Source of the DNA: a virus
DNA: 64,000 nt
IMG/VR virus record: IMGVR_UViG_3300031414_000008
Span: 1-64,000 of that record
Strand: one strand, 5' to 3'
In this document: piece by piece, positions 63,762 through 64,000 of the stretch
How the letters are laid out: each line of letters begins with the position of its first letter
Numbering within the stretch: position 1 is the first letter of the stretch
Made by a program: the position numbers and the translations under genes
The notes under the pieces: model-generated
Seen by the model: only the letters and a program-made list of their open reading frames with translations
Databases searched by the model: none
Told to the model about the DNA's origin: nothing

Positions 63762-64000
63762 ATGGATATACAAGAACTCCGCCACCGTGCGGCCCGCGGG
63801 GAGAATCTCACTTCCGGGGAATTGTTAGAGATTGCTGAACGTTGGGAAGACCTCGAGCGTCGTGAGAAGGGTCTTCTGGAACGGATCGAGAAACAGAACG
63901 CTAAGCTTGAAATCCTGAAGGGAATGACTCACCAGGCCTTCGAGGCCGCCTCTCAGTCTCGTACGATCGATCAGATGCGTGAGCAGAGCAAGCACGTGGC
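63762..64000 (+). CDS. Coiled-coil hypothetical protein, partial
   Basis: MDIQELRHRAARGENLTSGELLEIAERWEDLERRE..., open to the window end. Confidence 0.7.
   Translation, partial: MDIQELRHRAARGENLTSGELLEIAERWEDLERREKGLLERIEKQNAKLEILKGMTHQAFEAASQSRTIDQMREQSKHV

Noticed and set aside
1-64000. tRNA, rRNA, transposase, integrase, reverse transcriptase or DGR
   Set aside because: None recognised by eye; tRNAscan/Infernal would be needed to exclude small RNAs.

Overview
This window is part of a large dsDNA tailed-phage genome. The codon style looks gammaproteobacterial, which is inference only. The minus strand carries virion genes: four head-proximal fibre/Ig/tailspike genes, a probable major capsid protein, a decoration protein, a block of putative scaffold/inner-head proteins with a probable maturation protease, a probable portal, and a tail-fibre cluster that includes a GH8-like hydrolase fibre. 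It also carries an unusual multi-subunit RNA polymerase: one gene fuses beta to the N-terminal (catalytic) half of beta-prime, and the C-terminal half of beta-prime is a separate gene coupled to a SNF2-type ATPase. The plus strand carries early/replication genes (SNF2 and DinG helicases, T7-like SSB, Cas4/AddB-like nuclease, RNase H, primase-helicase, DEDDh exonuclease, ThyA, ligase) and two arrays of small paralogues. Three promoter classes are readable directly: host sigma70-type (in front of the phage sigma gene and one small gene), GGTATAAG before plus-strand genes, and TAAA(A/C)TA before minus-strand genes, including a fixed 16-bp back-to-back version. Other highlights are a recurring K-x-A motif across the head proteins, a shared N-terminal module on head-proximal fibres, and two near-identical origin-like elements 37 kb apart. 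No tRNA, CRISPR array, terminase or DNA polymerase was recognised. All family calls are from motif recognition by eye, not database searches.
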